Shown here in pieces: positions 42,831-56,116 of a stretch of 64,000 nt of DNA; position 1 is the stretch's first letter, and each line of letters opens with the position of its first letter. Below the pieces are notes generated by a model. It searched no databases and was not told where the DNA came from. It saw only the letters and a list, made by a program, of their open reading frames with translations. The position numbers and the translations under genes are program-made. The stretch covers positions 12,028,001 to 12,092,000 of the forward strand of contig NC_088857.1 of NCBI RefSeq assembly GCF_963853765.1, in the 5' to 3' direction. The stretch comes from Magallana gigas (taxonomy: Eukaryota).

Positions 42831-44245
42831 ATATACAATAAACACTGTTTTCAAACAGTATTTTGCTTATGTTCATATTCATAGTCCATATTCATTAAAG
42901 TTGATTAAGAAGCAATATTAAATTTAAAACTTTAAAGTTTAATTTGATATTCTACAGATTTCATAACATATGATGTTTAGCCATTACAAAAAATTATTAC
43001 CTGTTCACATTTTTTAGATATGCGTGCACAATAACATTAATTTATTTATACAGGTTTCAATACTTAAGATGTTGCGCGTATGAAAATTGTATTACTTGTT
43101 TATATTTTTTTATAGATAAAACAAATTAACCATATTATTCAATAAGGTTCTTGGTTTCTAAGTACCCTTGAATTGTTCTACGAACGATGTCAATTAGATT
43201 TAAAGGCATGTTCCAGATTTTTAAACACGGAAATCGTTCATGCCACTGCATGTTTTCTTTTTATCAGGTAACCCATTTAAACATGACCCATGGAAAGGTA
43301 AGTTTGATATAGAGGACATCCGCATGTTTGGTACATCGTACAGGTAGCACGACACGGATTTATGTTAGTGCATACAAGGTTCATAATATTAAAAATAACT
43401 TGTATTGATACATGTAAATGTATTACCATTATAAAGATTACTCTTTTGGGTAAAGTGTTGTGTGTTCGACTAGTATATTGTGTATTTCCTATTATAATTC
43501 TGTTTTTAAATCCTCGATTGAGACCTGAAGTTACTGCCAGTTGAAAATAAGCGTTAACAGCTATAAAATTAACCCGTTTTCAACACACCATACTCACAAA
43601 TATCGTAATTTTGTTCGTAATATAGCAATGATCAATATTTTTTTTGGTTGATAAAGTTGGCGATAATTCAAAAATCTAAAGTTTTTCTATTTAGAAATCT
43701 CTCAATTATTGAGACAGAATTACAGTTTATTATATACTTCTTCAGATTACTTTTTATGTCACTGTTTCTGAAGTTCCCAGAGGGAATTTGAATGGAATAA
43801 AAGGTTGATTATTTCGATCTACTTCTTCAAGATTCTGTTGGAGCCAGTTTGGCGGTATGAAGCTTCACTTGTAATATGGCACACTAAGGAACCTACAGTC
43901 CACTTGTTTGATTCCACAATTCTATATGATAGGCGTATTTATTTTAAAGAAATTTGCAAAATCACGAAAACAGTGAAGATACATCATACAAAATATTAAT
44001 GTTGCATCCTTGCTCCAAGGCAATCGTAATTCATTTTGAAATCAATATATCTCATAAAACAAGTACCCAAGCATAAGAAAAATGATATAAGTTTCTTCAG
44101 CTGCAAACAAATTCAGATTATTTTGTTGAACACAATATCTGCCTTGCTTCTCAAATGGAAGCTAATACGTTCCTTTCCTTTAAGTGTGCATTTACAATAA
44201 TGTAGATGTACATGTATACATTGTATTCAGACGAGGTTACTTTAA

Positions 44246-44665
44246 CGGGTATGGTCATGATTTTTCGGTTTTTAGTTTTAACAATGCTTCAATAAGTCAT
44301 TTCTGATAGTTAACCAAATTTAGAGTGTCAGTTAATGAGTTTTAAGCGAGATACAGGGCTCCCGATTTTTTGTTATGTAAACAAAGCTGAGGAAATGTTT
44401 TTGTTTACAATTTGAATGTTTAAAACAAAACTCAAGGTTTATACCAAAATTAACGTGACAAACGCTAGAAACTGTTTAGTAATGTTCATAAACGAATAAG
44501 CAAATAAAAAATCCACTTTTAAAAGAACTTTTACCCGTCTATTGAACCAATGACGTTAACAAAAATATGACACGAGCTTTGTTAACACAACAAAGAGATT
44601 TGTAGAAATGCATTACTAAAGCATTATAAAAAATAAAATTTGACCAAAATCTTGATCATGTCACT
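44246..44665. mobile_element. Old Kolobok-like MITE shared by units 3 and 4 (counterpart 55640-56731, which has a nested insertion)
   Basis: TTAA flanks; degenerate TIRs (atggtcatgattt.. / tttgaccaaaatcttgatcatgtcact). Confidence 0.6.
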
Positions 44666-47600
44666 TTAATCTTCAATAAAAAAAGAAATCATTATTTATT
44701 TAGTGAAATTATTTCATACACAAAATTATTGTAAACCCCATCGCTCACCTGACTTAATTAGCGCTTTTCTAGTCATTTCCAGTGTAAATAACATGAAGAG
44801 GTAAAAAACAAGATTGGCCGTTTATTACTGAAAAGAATATTTCACAATGCAATTGTTCTTAAATTGCTCAAGCCATATTTTCTTTACCCTCCCCAATAGA
44901 AAATCAGTGTATTAATGTAATTTTCCACTATCTTTTATAAACCTATACTCAGAGTAAAGGTAATGTTTAATATGTGATTATTATTATTATCAAATATCAA
45001 CTTATCAATATTTTAAATAACAAGTTATTCCTGCCATCCTCTTTGGTATTTATTTCATTTAACCTAACTCCCCTTTAATATTTCATTGGATTTATAGTTT
45101 TAACAAATATCAAACTTCTTTTTTTTAAGCTTGCTATGCAATCAAAGCCATAAACAAACCTTCCTTCTCCCATAACGAATTCATCTATACCTTCCACTTA
45201 ATACCTCCATCTAATATTAAAAAATATGACCTCTGACCTCATGGTATACGATATAAATGAACAAAATTGAAATTTATCCAAACAAATTTAGGCCAATATA
45301 GAATTTATAAATTAGTACATAGGGCCTATAAGAATAATGAGAATGAGAATTAAGAATAAATATACGAAAAACTAAGTTGATAATTCTGGTTTAAAGTCCC
45401 TATCCTTTCATTTCTTTGCATCATTTGAATCTTGCACCCAAATACAATCTTAATTATTTTTTACTTGATAAAAATTTTACAGTTTGAATAATTTAGATAT
45501 AACCGTCAAGTTAAACTCTAAAAACAAATCATTTTTAATAGTACGAAATTATTATATATATATTTTTAAACATCATTTCTTTTTTTCTTTTTGTTCACAT
45601 TAATTCCACATATAATATAACCAATTGTTTCATAAATATGGCAATCTTCTTTTAGAATAGCCGTCACTCTTTTGAATTATGTAAGGATTTTTGTGCGTCT
45701 TGACACCACAAACCATCTATGCAAGATCTTTTTATAACATCTCCATCTACAATCTTAGCCTCATTGTGTTAAATACCCCCAGAGTGCAAATTAATGTTGA
45801 TTTATTGGGAGTGCTAGTGTCCTCTCTGAAATCCGTAGCACAATTTTCGTTTAGTTGAGAATAAGGTTACAACATGTTTTGTACTGGTGGACCACTCCTA
45901 TCATTTGTGACAGAAAACTACAGGGGGAATTCTTGCTGGATTTAATGAAGTGTATGTCTCTGAAAACTACAGGGGAAATTCTTGCTGGATTTAATGAAGT
46001 GTATGTCTCTATAATTGGTGCATTTATTATAACTGATGATAAAAGACTTGATCATTTACAAACTCTTAACATATCCAAACCTTCAGGTCCCGATTTTGTT
46101 TCGCCAAGTGTTTAAACAAATATTGCATGTACTAGTATGTACTAGTAATTCATACGTTTTCGCCAAATTTTACAATATATTACGAGGTAATGGCACACTT
46201 CCTAAATAGTAGAAAGGAAGAATCGCAAAAAAGGTACATTTTTCTGCAATGTTGGCTACCTTCATACCCTTATGAAAAACAACAGAAGACATTATTAACA
46301 AAAAATTACAATATATTTATTTGTATCATACAATCATTTTTAGAGAACAATAACCCCTTTCAGAGATAGTGCCCTACTCGTACATATCATAGTATAAATA
46401 AAATACTTTGTAGAGCGATGAAAAGTTTGACTTATTTAAATATAGTTAAGAAAAGCTAACAAGAGCTTTTTTCTCATGAAAAACCTCGTTTTTTGCATCC
46501 TTCATATTAATAATGATTGATTCACAAATCAAGGGTTTAAAAATATTTACCTCTTGCAAGAGAGGTGCGACTCTTAAGACTAAAGTTGAAAAAAGAAATG
46601 CTTGTTGTATTCCACAAAGCATTATCCTCACCGAAACACAGTCTGTTAACATTCTGATTGAAGTTTTAGAATTTGGAATACCTCGCACAACTTTTTCAAC
46701 TGATCATCCGTGTACTTTCATGTCGCTTGCAATGCTAATTCCCAGTAGACTTAATTTTTAGCCGTTTATCGAAATTTGACAAGCTAAAGGGAGGTTTAAA
46801 AAGAGATATTTTGGGATTTTTTTATAATATTAAACAAATATAGTTGAACCCTGAATAAAGAATAAGAAATTGAGTTCCATTAATAACTTTGGACAAAATG
46901 CATTATAAAAGCAGCCAATAGCTCATTCATTAGCAGGTTTGCTATTATTGTACTCGATCTACGAACAGCTGCACAGCTAAACGAAAATCGCTTAATTTAT
47001 TTCCAGCATCATCCAAGCTTTTTTTAATGTAACAGGAATATGGAAAAGCGCGCTGAAATGTGTATGCTTTGACATTTATTAAAGAAACACTTGCTCCGAC
47101 CACTACCTATATATCTTTGAAAATTTCATTCAAACTGAAATTTGGACACTCCAGTAAGTGTTATCAGCTATCTTTACATTTCTAGACCTCACTTGCAGAA
47201 ATTCTCAATTCATTCCTGTGTTTTCTGGTATCTACAAATTTATTTTAAAAAAAGGGTACCAATTTCAATTTCCTGAGACGTTCATAATGTTAACTGAGGA
47301 AGTTAAGGCGACTAGTGAAAGGAATGGTGGTCATCACGGAGACGGGTAATTTTGTATCAGCAGTTAGACCCTTCCTCGTAGACAATAAGAATACATGAAA
47401 TATTTAAGTCAAAACTTGAAGATACCAAACACTGGGTGCAAGAAAATAGCTTAAATTTGTTTTCGTAAGCAGGTTTTTTCCCGAAGAGATGCTCTAAGTC
47501 TACTGGAGGATGAGGTAATACAAACAGAAATGTCATGCTTCATGAACCATAGGAATAAACAATTGTCAACAGAGGGTGCTAGTTCTAGCCGATTGGATAA

Positions 47601-48443
47601 AAAAGTAATTACTTAGTCAGAGCTTTGAGGTTAAAAACTGTTCTTATAATTCAATCCTATTCGTATTCGGGTTTTGTTAAATTTTGATACTTAAATCCAT
47701 CGTAAAATGGTTTATTTAGTGAATAAAACTTCCACTGGTTAAAAATCTAACCGTTTAAATATATGATCAAATTTATTAAACAACAAGTGGTATTTTTTTT
47801 TAAAGATAATCAATTAGAGTGGAGTCGGCAAAAGCAAGAATAGAGTTGGAAGTAAATGTACCTAGATAGAATCCACCTGTCAAAGTTCCATACATCAGAG
47901 GCTATAATTGTATGTACAGAATCTATATAACTAATACATACCTCCACTTTCATTAGGTATATTCATAAAATGTGTTTGTGCATTGTGCGCGGACTAAGAG
48001 GGGACTTGGGAAAAATCAGACTTCTTCAATTCACATCATAAGGTACTGAAAATTAGCTTAGTCTTGAGCCCCCTCCCCCCCCCCCCCCATCCCTGCCCAA
48101 ATTTCTCCATCTCCCCTCTAGAACAGTTTCTGGATATGCGTTATACGTAAAGCTTTAAAAAGGACCCTCTGCTAAAGTAAAGGCTCGCGAATATGGTAGT
48201 TTGCCAGCTATTTGCAAGATAATTCAACACATAATTAATTTTTTCGTTCTTAAAAAAATATGCTTCATTTTTTATTTGAAACGTAAATAATTAACGTCTT
48301 GAATATAAACAAGAACCAAAGGAAAACGGTTTTGTGCTACACCAGTATATGTACTATACAGCGTATGGTGTAGACTCATTTATTTGGCGGGGTAGAATGA
48401 AGTAAGTTTCATACGTGCATTTCATTAGATACTCGAAACTGTG

Positions 48444-49978
48444 TCAAATCTTTGATTTAATTGACTCAATATTTGTGCTTTTAACACAAAACTGATGAAA
48501 TGCAATGGTTGCTTGAATACACACATCGGATCCCCTAGTCAGCTCAAAACATAGTTGATCATCTCTACCCAAATTCTCCCAAGCGTGAACTACGACCTCT
48601 TCATCCACCAAAGCCTCGTTTATGTATCTTATCTGGATCTCCTTCAACCCATTTTTACTGTTCTTAATTAAAGGTTTGCTAAATAGTTCTTTGTCCAAAC
48701 CTTTTCTGCAGGCATTCATACAAATTTCAACATAAACGACCCAGTTGGTGTGGTTTTGGCTGTCAATATCCGATGTCTGAATCTTGTAGTGGTCTACAGC
48801 CATGCACGCGTCTGGACGGTTTAGTTTTTCCATAACAAACGGTGAACCAGTACACATTGGGCCATACTTTTTTCGCCAAGAAGCAGGGAGCTCTAGAGGT
48901 TTTCTGGTAACCGGATGGACCATTATGTTCTGCTGACTCAGTCTAGCAAACCACTGCGAATTGTCTCTTTGACACATTTCTTGTACTTTACAATACGAAC
49001 TTTTCCCAACGTAATCCAATGTGGAAAAGACATCAAATGGAAGATGGAAGTAAGCTGAAGCGTTAAAACTTTGATGAATTTCTAGTTTGCATGAACCAAC
49101 GTATACAAATTTATCAGCAAAAATAGGTTTGTGATCAAGGAAGGTGTTCGGGTCGTCTGGTAAAGCCCTGTTGCTGATGCCTATCGCTAGCTCAAACAAC
49201 CGAAAAAGCCCGGGAATTGATATTTGTTTATCTGAAGAGTAATAACAAGACATTATCATGACCCACGATTAACAAATCAAGTAATGCAGATATTAATTTC
49301 TGTTAAAAAGAAATAAAAATAGTAGTTACATGTAGATGACTGGTTTACATGAATTCCAAAATTAATTGACTATCTAAGATCATGGCTTGATTTATATCTG
49401 ATATTCCATCATTTGACGACTTTAAGTAAAATTGACCACGTGTAATATCAAATGCTAAAGCAAATCACCCACTCACAAAAAATCCTTCCTCAGTTTTCCT
49501 TATGAGTGAAGGATTTCCAACCCAATCGTTTAATTTTAGATCCTCCAATCGATCTCTAATATTTGTCGATAACTTACTTATACCAGATTACGAAAGATTA
49601 ATTTGATACAATATGCCAATTGGTAATATATGCAACCTATACAGGGGGATATTGACAATACCATTGCTACTTAACTTTAAAGGGCATGATAACGATTTGG
49701 GCTTAGATATTCAATGTTTGGGTGTGCGGTGTTCTGGCTAGGAAGCTAAAGCACTAAAAAAGGAACTTTCTTCTGATTTCCGTCTCATTTTCTCATTATA
49801 AATATATTGCGGAAAGATCGGCAATCACACAGTATGCATGTACAGAACATGTACTGTCTAAGTAAACATACCTAACAGTGTTGAGAAAGCATCAAACAGG
49901 CTTGAAACACCCTCAGGAAAGCGAACGATACAGCGCACCCCCTTGATTGTTCGGCTTATATTCAGGTCAGTGATGGCT
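48444..49978 (-). CDS. Double-hotdog thioesterase-like protein, array copy 4
   Basis: Exons 49872-49978 (107 bp) and 48444-49231 (788 bp). 28 amino-acid differences from copy 3 in the big exon (manual count); ends KSKI. Confidence 0.72.
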
Positions 49979-50465
49979 CTGTGAAGAAATAGAGACATTT
50001 TGACACTTTCATTTTTGATAGCTTCTTAATTATTATTTAATTAGACCTTATGGCTCTTAGTTACTGAATTTTTTTGATGTTGCTCGATTTTTTTAGCAGC
50101 TGGAGATTAGTGAGGGTGTTATAATTGTTTGAAAGATACGATATTTTTTAAGTTATTTAAAACTGAGTAAACAAGAAAGTGAAGATACACGTCTTTTTCA
50201 TACCCTAAACAGGATAACAGAGTTAGGTCGAAGATAGATTAATAAAACGTTAAAGTTGCCATTGTTTGTAATATATCCGAAATAACCAAAAAATAAAAAG
50301 AATAAATACATGATAGAAATAGATCTAGAATCTACAGACCCTGATATGCTACTACACCTCTAAGACGAACCGTACCGTTCCATTCAAGAAACGATCCGCG
50401 AACCGTACCGTTCATAAAACGAACTGTATCGTTCACTTATATAACATAATAAAGACCATGTTCTC

Positions 50466-52604
50466 ATGAATGAACCTTTATACACAAACTCTGATAATTT
50501 ATGGAATGAGTTTAAACAAAAAATCTTAGAGGGTGTATCAACCTTTGTACCATCAATAAGGACCAGAGGAAAAAACAAGCTACCCTGGATTGATATTCAC
50601 ATCAAACGTTTAATTAGAAAACGTGATAAACTCTTTTATAGACAGAGAAGAACAAAGACACCAGAGGATAAACAGCATTATAAAAACATCACACATCTTG
50701 TACAGCGGCAAACAAGACTCTCATATGATAGGTATGTAAACAACATCCTAGGTATACTGGAGGACCAGGTCTCTGACTCAGAAACAGGCCCAAAACAAAC
50801 CTATGCTCCTAAAAAACTCTTCACCTTCTTAAAGCATGCTAAGAGGGACTCGTGTGGCGTGTCACCGCTCAAGGAGGGCGGAACCCTCAAATCAACACCA
50901 GTAGAGAAGGCTAACATTTTAAACCGCCAATTTCAGTCGGTTTTTAGCCCTAAATCTCCTCTATCCCTCTCCCAACTATGTGACATGAAGGTGAGTGACC
51001 ATAACAGTACCCCTCCCCCAGCTAAGTATGCAAGTACCCCCGTTACTTATGAATCCTCTCAATCAAGAATAATGATGCCTGACATACAGGTATGTACAAA
51101 GGGTATAGAGAAATTGTTAAAAAATCTGAAAACAGACAAAGCAGCTGGCCCTGACCAAATCTCTCCCATCTTACTGAAGGAACTGCACAATGAGGTAAGC
51201 CCAATAGTTCAAATCCTCTTTCAGCTCTCATATGACACGGGTGTACTACCCAGAGAGTGGTGTACAGCAAGTGTAAGTCCTTTATTTAAGAAGGGGGACA
51301 GATCAAAACCGGCCAATTACAGACCAATATCCCTTACCTGTATATTGTGCAAAACTATGGAGCATATCATCGCATCCAACTTAGTAAGGCACTTTACACA
51401 GAACAACATCCTGTATGATCTCCAACATGGTTTTAGGGAGCGACGCAGTTGTGAAACTCAACTGGTGATGCTGGTAGATGAACTTGCTCGGAACATCCAA
51501 AACGGTAAACAAACCGACCTGATCCTGCTGGACTTCAGCAAAGCTTTTGATAAGGTCTCACACAATAAATTACTTTTTAAACTACATCAGTTTGGTGTTC
51601 GAGGCCGAAACCTAGCATGGATCAGGGGGTTCCTCAGCAATCGTTCCCAGAGGGTATTGGTAGACGGTGAGTTCTTCTCTACATCCATCCCTGTTACATC
51701 TGGGGTCCCCCAGGGTTCAGTTCTTGGTCCCATTCTCTTCCTTGCATATATAAATGACTTACCAGAGCAAGTGAAATCACAAGTCAGACTCTTCGCCGAT
51801 GACACTGTCATCTATATTACTCTAGATGGCAAGGGACGTCAGTCAATGCTTCAAGAGGACCTAAAGAAACTTGAGCACTGGGAGACCCTGTGGGATATGG
51901 AATTCAACCCAAGTAAGTGCCAGGTTATCCATATAACAACATCCAGAAAACCCATCCGTACCAAATATATACTACATAGACAGGTGTTAGAATTTACCTC
52001 ATCAGCTCGGTATCTGGGTGTTGATATATCGGATGACCTAAATTGGAGTACGCACATCAGCCGGGTAACAAATAAAGCCAATAGCACTCTTGGCTTTCTA
52101 CGTAGAAATATTCCAACCAAGAACCAGCAGCTTCGGTCAGCAGCATACAAGGCTGTGGTACGCCCACAGCTTGAGTATGCTGTCAGCGTTTGGGACCCTC
52201 ACTTGGCTACACATACTAACCAAATTGAGGCAGTACAGCGCAGAGCAGCGAGGTGGGTGATGTCTGACTATAGCAGGACATCCAGTGTAACAAGTATGCT
52301 ACATACCCTAGGTTGGAGAAGCCTACAGCTAAGGAGGGCCGATGCCAGACTTGTACTTATGTACAAGATCATTCATGGCCTGGTAGCCATCCCCTCGGTT
52401 CAACTTGTCCCAGCTGGTAGGATTACTCGCTCAACTCACTCCTTTACTTTTCGGCAGATTCAAACAACAAAAAATGTTTACAAATATTCTTTCTTCCCTC
52501 TTACCATAGTCCAATGGAACAGACTGCCGGACAGTGTTGTCGCACTTCCAGATGTTGATCATTTCAAACTGGAGGTGGGCAAATTGAACCACCTCAGGCC
52601 TTAA
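50466..52604 (+). CDS. LINE ORF2 fragment: reverse transcriptase (no APE endonuclease in the retained part)
   Basis: 712-aa open frame with RT motifs KAAGPDQI, YRPISLTC, QHGFR, LLDFSKAFDKV, GVPQGSVLGP, LFADD and YLGV. Confidence 0.95.
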   Translation: MNEPLYTNSDNLWNEFKQKILEGVSTFVPSIRTRGKNKLPWIDIHIKRLIRKRDKLFYRQRRTKTPEDKQHYKNITHLVQRQTRLSYDRYVNNILGILEDQVSDSETGPKQTYAPKKLFTFLKHAKRDSCGVSPLKEGGTLKSTPVEKANILNRQFQSVFSPKSPLSLSQLCDMKVSDHNSTPPPAKYASTPVTYESSQSRIMMPDIQVCTKGIEKLLKNLKTDKAAGPDQISPILLKELHNEVSPIVQILFQLSYDTGVLPREWCTASVSPLFKKGDRSKPANYRPISLTCILCKTMEHIIASNLVRHFTQNNILYDLQHGFRERRSCETQLVMLVDELARNIQNGKQTDLILLDFSKAFDKVSHNKLLFKLHQFGVRGRNLAWIRGFLSNRSQRVLVDGEFFSTSIPVTSGVPQGSVLGPILFLAYINDLPEQVKSQVRLFADDTVIYITLDGKGRQSMLQEDLKKLEHWETLWDMEFNPSKCQVIHITTSRKPIRTKYILHRQVLEFTSSARYLGVDISDDLNWSTHISRVTNKANSTLGFLRRNIPTKNQQLRSAAYKAVVRPQLEYAVSVWDPHLATHTNQIEAVQRRAARWVMSDYSRTSSVTSMLHTLGWRSLQLRRADARLVLMYKIIHGLVAIPSVQLVPAGRITRSTHSFTFRQIQTTKNVYKYSFFPLTIVQWNRLPDSVVALPDVDHFKLEVGKLNHLRP

Positions 52605-52740
52605 TTTTGCAAAAGTGCTTTTATGTCTTTTAATTGTAGATACTATTTATCTTATCTTTTATCTTCACTAAAATGTAATAATATTACTATCCCCTTTTCA
52701 TCCTGTTGAAATCTTACTTTACTCACTTCTCTTATTCTTT

Positions 52741-53540
52741 TAACAAGCATTCTGAGAGTATTGCATAAGCAATACATGTCCCCTACCGGTTTGTATTATT
52801 CTATGAAAGCTTCCAAGCACACAACTATTTCAGAGCTATTGTAAACGAGATGTCATCAGAGATAAAAGAACAGAGGAAATTAAAACTATATAGTTGATAT
52901 AGAAATTAATACAAAATAGGTAAAATAATACTCTTTATTTCATCCCCTGTAATTTCGCCAAGTCTATTCTGTATTCGTTGGTAAAAATTTGTGAAAACAA
53001 TGCACTGTTATGCACAATATCATTTCTTACTGTCCTCTGTACCCCGAATCAAACCAAACAGTTAAACAGCCCAACCCGACAACGAACCCGATTGCAATAA
53101 TACAAAAAAAAACCCTGCCGATTAAATTTACAACACAATGCTTGACACTATTTTATCGAATTTATTTGTTTGTTAGAAATGATAAAAGGAATGGTACAAG
53201 TAACCCACGATATTATTACTGACTACATACTTTCCTCGTTTATTCAATACACACCGAACCCGATAACGAACCCGAACATTAAAAAATTGGAATATAAAAA
53301 ATGAATTTTCTCGAAAATTTGTCAATCAGACGCTACAAAATGTAAACTTGATCTGTAGTTTGACATTTTGAAGCTGTTCAGCAAGTTTCATATTATTCCT
53401 CAAATGCATAAAGAAAAAAAGTGTGGAAAACTGAAGTGGGACAGACAGACGGACGGACAGACGGACGGACGGACGGACGGACAGACGGACGCAGAGGAAA
53501 GCTATAGTCCCCTCCGGTGAAACCGGTAGGGGACTAACAA
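52741..53540. mobile_element. HINE (Helentron-associated non-autonomous element) nested in the LINE 3' UTR
   Basis: Sub-TIRs GTCCCCTACCGGTTT (52778) / AAACCGGTAGGGGAC (53520); (GACG/GACA)n at about 53440-53490; hairpin AGTCCCCTCCGGTGAAACCGGTAGGGGACT (53506-53535). Confidence 0.85.
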
Positions 53541-56027
53541 GCAGCGCACCCTACTCAGAGTACTCAGAATTGAGGGCGAGTAGTATCGAGAGATAGACAG
53601 AATTAGGTCGAATATAGATTTAAATAACGTTTAATCTGCCTTACTTTGTAATATTTTCTGAATATAACCAAAAAATAAATGATTGACAAAAATAGAGCTA
53701 GAAAGATCTTACACGTACTTCAAATCCTAGTAATATTAAAATTTTGCAACCACCGAGCTTCCATATAAATCGCGATGGCCTTTGTGGCTTTAAAATTGAT
53801 AGTATTACATCGTGAATGATAAAGAGTTTCAAAATCTGTAAACAAAAAGAATTTCCGAATAATTTCAAACCTTGAGAGTCGAGATACTAATCATATTTCC
53901 ACTATTTATCTGTAATGCAATAACGATATCTAAATTATGTGCATCACACTATATTGAATCGAATACATATATGGAACGTCACTTTATTCCCTTTACATCG
54001 TATTTGCTTCCCCAAAACATATATGATTTAAAATACATGTACCTCGATATTGACATCTCTTCCATCCTCAAATTACTTTAAAACGCAAATCTCTTGAAAA
54101 GCAAGTCACCTGTTCCTTAATGGCAAGCCGTAAGTGTCAAAACTACATTATATATAATCATAGAGAAAGTCGACTTCCGGGAAAACTTCACAATATTCAT
54201 TAGGTAAAAGTTTGCGTGCGCGATAGCTATTCACAATATGAATATACAATAAACACTGTTTCCAAACAGTATTTTGCTTATGTTCATATTTATAATCCAT
54301 ATTCATTAAAGTTGATTAAGAAGCAATATTAAATTTAAAACTTTATAAAGTTTAATTTGATATTGTACAGATTTCATAACATATGATGTTTAGCCATTAC
54401 AAAAAATTATTACCTGTTTACATTTTTTAGATATATGTGCACAATAACATTAATTCATTTATACAGGTTTCAATACTTAAGATGTTGCGCATATGAAAAT
54501 TGTATTACTTGTTTATATTTTTTTTTAGATAAAACAAATTAACCATATTATGCAGTACGTTTCTTGGTTTCTAAGTACCCTTGAATTGTTTTACGAACGA
54601 TGTCAATTAGATTTAAAGGCATGTTCCAGATTTTTAAATACGGAAATCGTTCATGCCAATGCATGTTTTCTTTTTATCAGGTAACCCATTTAAACATGAC
54701 CCATGGAAAGGTAAGTTTGATATAGAGGACATCCGCATGTTTGGTACATCGTACAGGTAGCACGACACGGATTTATGTTAGTGCATACAAGGTTCATAAT
54801 ATTAAAAATAACTTGTATTGATACATGTAAATGTATTACCATTATGAAGATTACTCTTTCGGGTAAAGTGTTGGACTAGTATATTGTGTATTTCCTATTA
54901 TAATTCTATTTTTAAATCCTCGATTGAGACCTGAAGTTACTGCCAGTTGAAAATGCGTTAACAGCTATAAAATTAACCCGTTTTCAACACACCATACTGA
55001 CAAATATCGTAATTTTGTTCGTAATATAGCAATGATCAATATTTTTTTTGGTTGATAAAGTTGGCGATAATTCAAAAATCTAAAGTTTTTCTATTCAAAA
55101 ATCTCTCAATTATAGAGACAGAATTACAGTTTATTATATACATCTTCGGATTACTTTTTATGTCACTGTTTCTGAAGTTCCCATAGGGAATTTGAATAGA
55201 ATAAAAGGTTGATTATTTCGATCTACTTCTTCAAGATTCTGTTGGAGCCAGTTTGGCGGTATGAAGCTTCACTTGTAAAATGGCACACTAAGGAACCGAC
55301 AGTCCACTTGTTTGATTCCACAATTCTATATGATAGGCGTATTTATTTTAAAGAAATTTGCGAAATCACGAAAACAGTGAAGATACACCATACAAAATAT
55401 TAATGTCGCATCCTTGCTCCAAGGCAATCGTAATTCATTTTGAAATCAATATATTTCATTAAACAAGTACCCAAGCATAAAAAAAATGATACAGGTTTCT
55501 TCAGCTGCAAACAAATTCAGATTATTTTGTTGAACACAATATTTGCATTGCTTCTCAAATGGAGGCTAATACGTTCCTTTCCTTTAAGTGTGCGTTTAGA
55601 TGTACAGGTATACATTGTATTCAGATGAGGTAACTTTAAGAAGCATGGTCATGATTTTTCTGTTTTTAGTTTTTACAATGCTTCAATAAGTCATTTCTGA
55701 TAGTTAACCACATTTACAGTGTCAGTTAATGAGTTTTAAGCGAGATACAGGGCTCTCTATTTTTTGGAGTTGATTTTAATCAACTCTCCTATGCAGTTAC
55801 TCAGACAAACCGAAAGTGAAACAGTGTTTTGGACCTCAGCACAAATCATTGCTGCTGACAAGACTTAGTTCTTGAAAATAATTGATAAATTCGATTTAAT
55901 GTATGCTAAAGCATTGTTTTTCAAGGAAACTTATTTATGAATACTTTGAAAATAATTAAATTTTAAATGGTACGAACAATTAAATATGTTTTTGTAGTCG
56001 TTTGTATTCCTACGGTAGAGTTCAATA

Positions 56028-56116
56028 TAGTCTCGTTCAACTCGACGCTCGGTTGTCTCCGTAAATCCTTGTCGGAGATTTACGGTGTCAGCCAAGCGTT
56101 TGGTTGAACGAGACTA
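56028..56116. mobile_element. 89-bp mini-TIR element
   Basis: TIR TAGTCTCGTTCAAC / GTTGAACGAGACTA; flanks gagttcaata / gagttcaaaa (candidate 8-10 bp TSD). A degenerate relative lies at about 31010-31130. Confidence 0.65.

Larger units (their letters stand above)
50440..53596 (+). mobile_element. 5'-truncated non-LTR retrotransposon (CR1/L2-Jockey group LINE) with a nested HINE in its 3' UTR
   Basis: Absent from the paralogous site at about 41450 (gttcactaagataacagaattagg); homology stops at about 50437 and resumes at about 53597; contains the RT ORF. Confidence 0.88.

Noticed and set aside
43805-43999. Small ORFs seen twice (43805/55209, 41734/53872, 33335/45855)
   Set aside because: Conserved only because of the recent segmental duplication; no recognisable domain or splice support.
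51043-52150. Antisense ORFs inside the LINE
   Set aside because: Shadow frames of the RT coding sequence.
50466-53540. RT next to repeats and hairpins as a possible retron- or DGR-like system
   Set aside because: The RT motifs are those of an ordinary non-LTR LINE, and the neighbouring hairpins belong to a separately inserted HINE.
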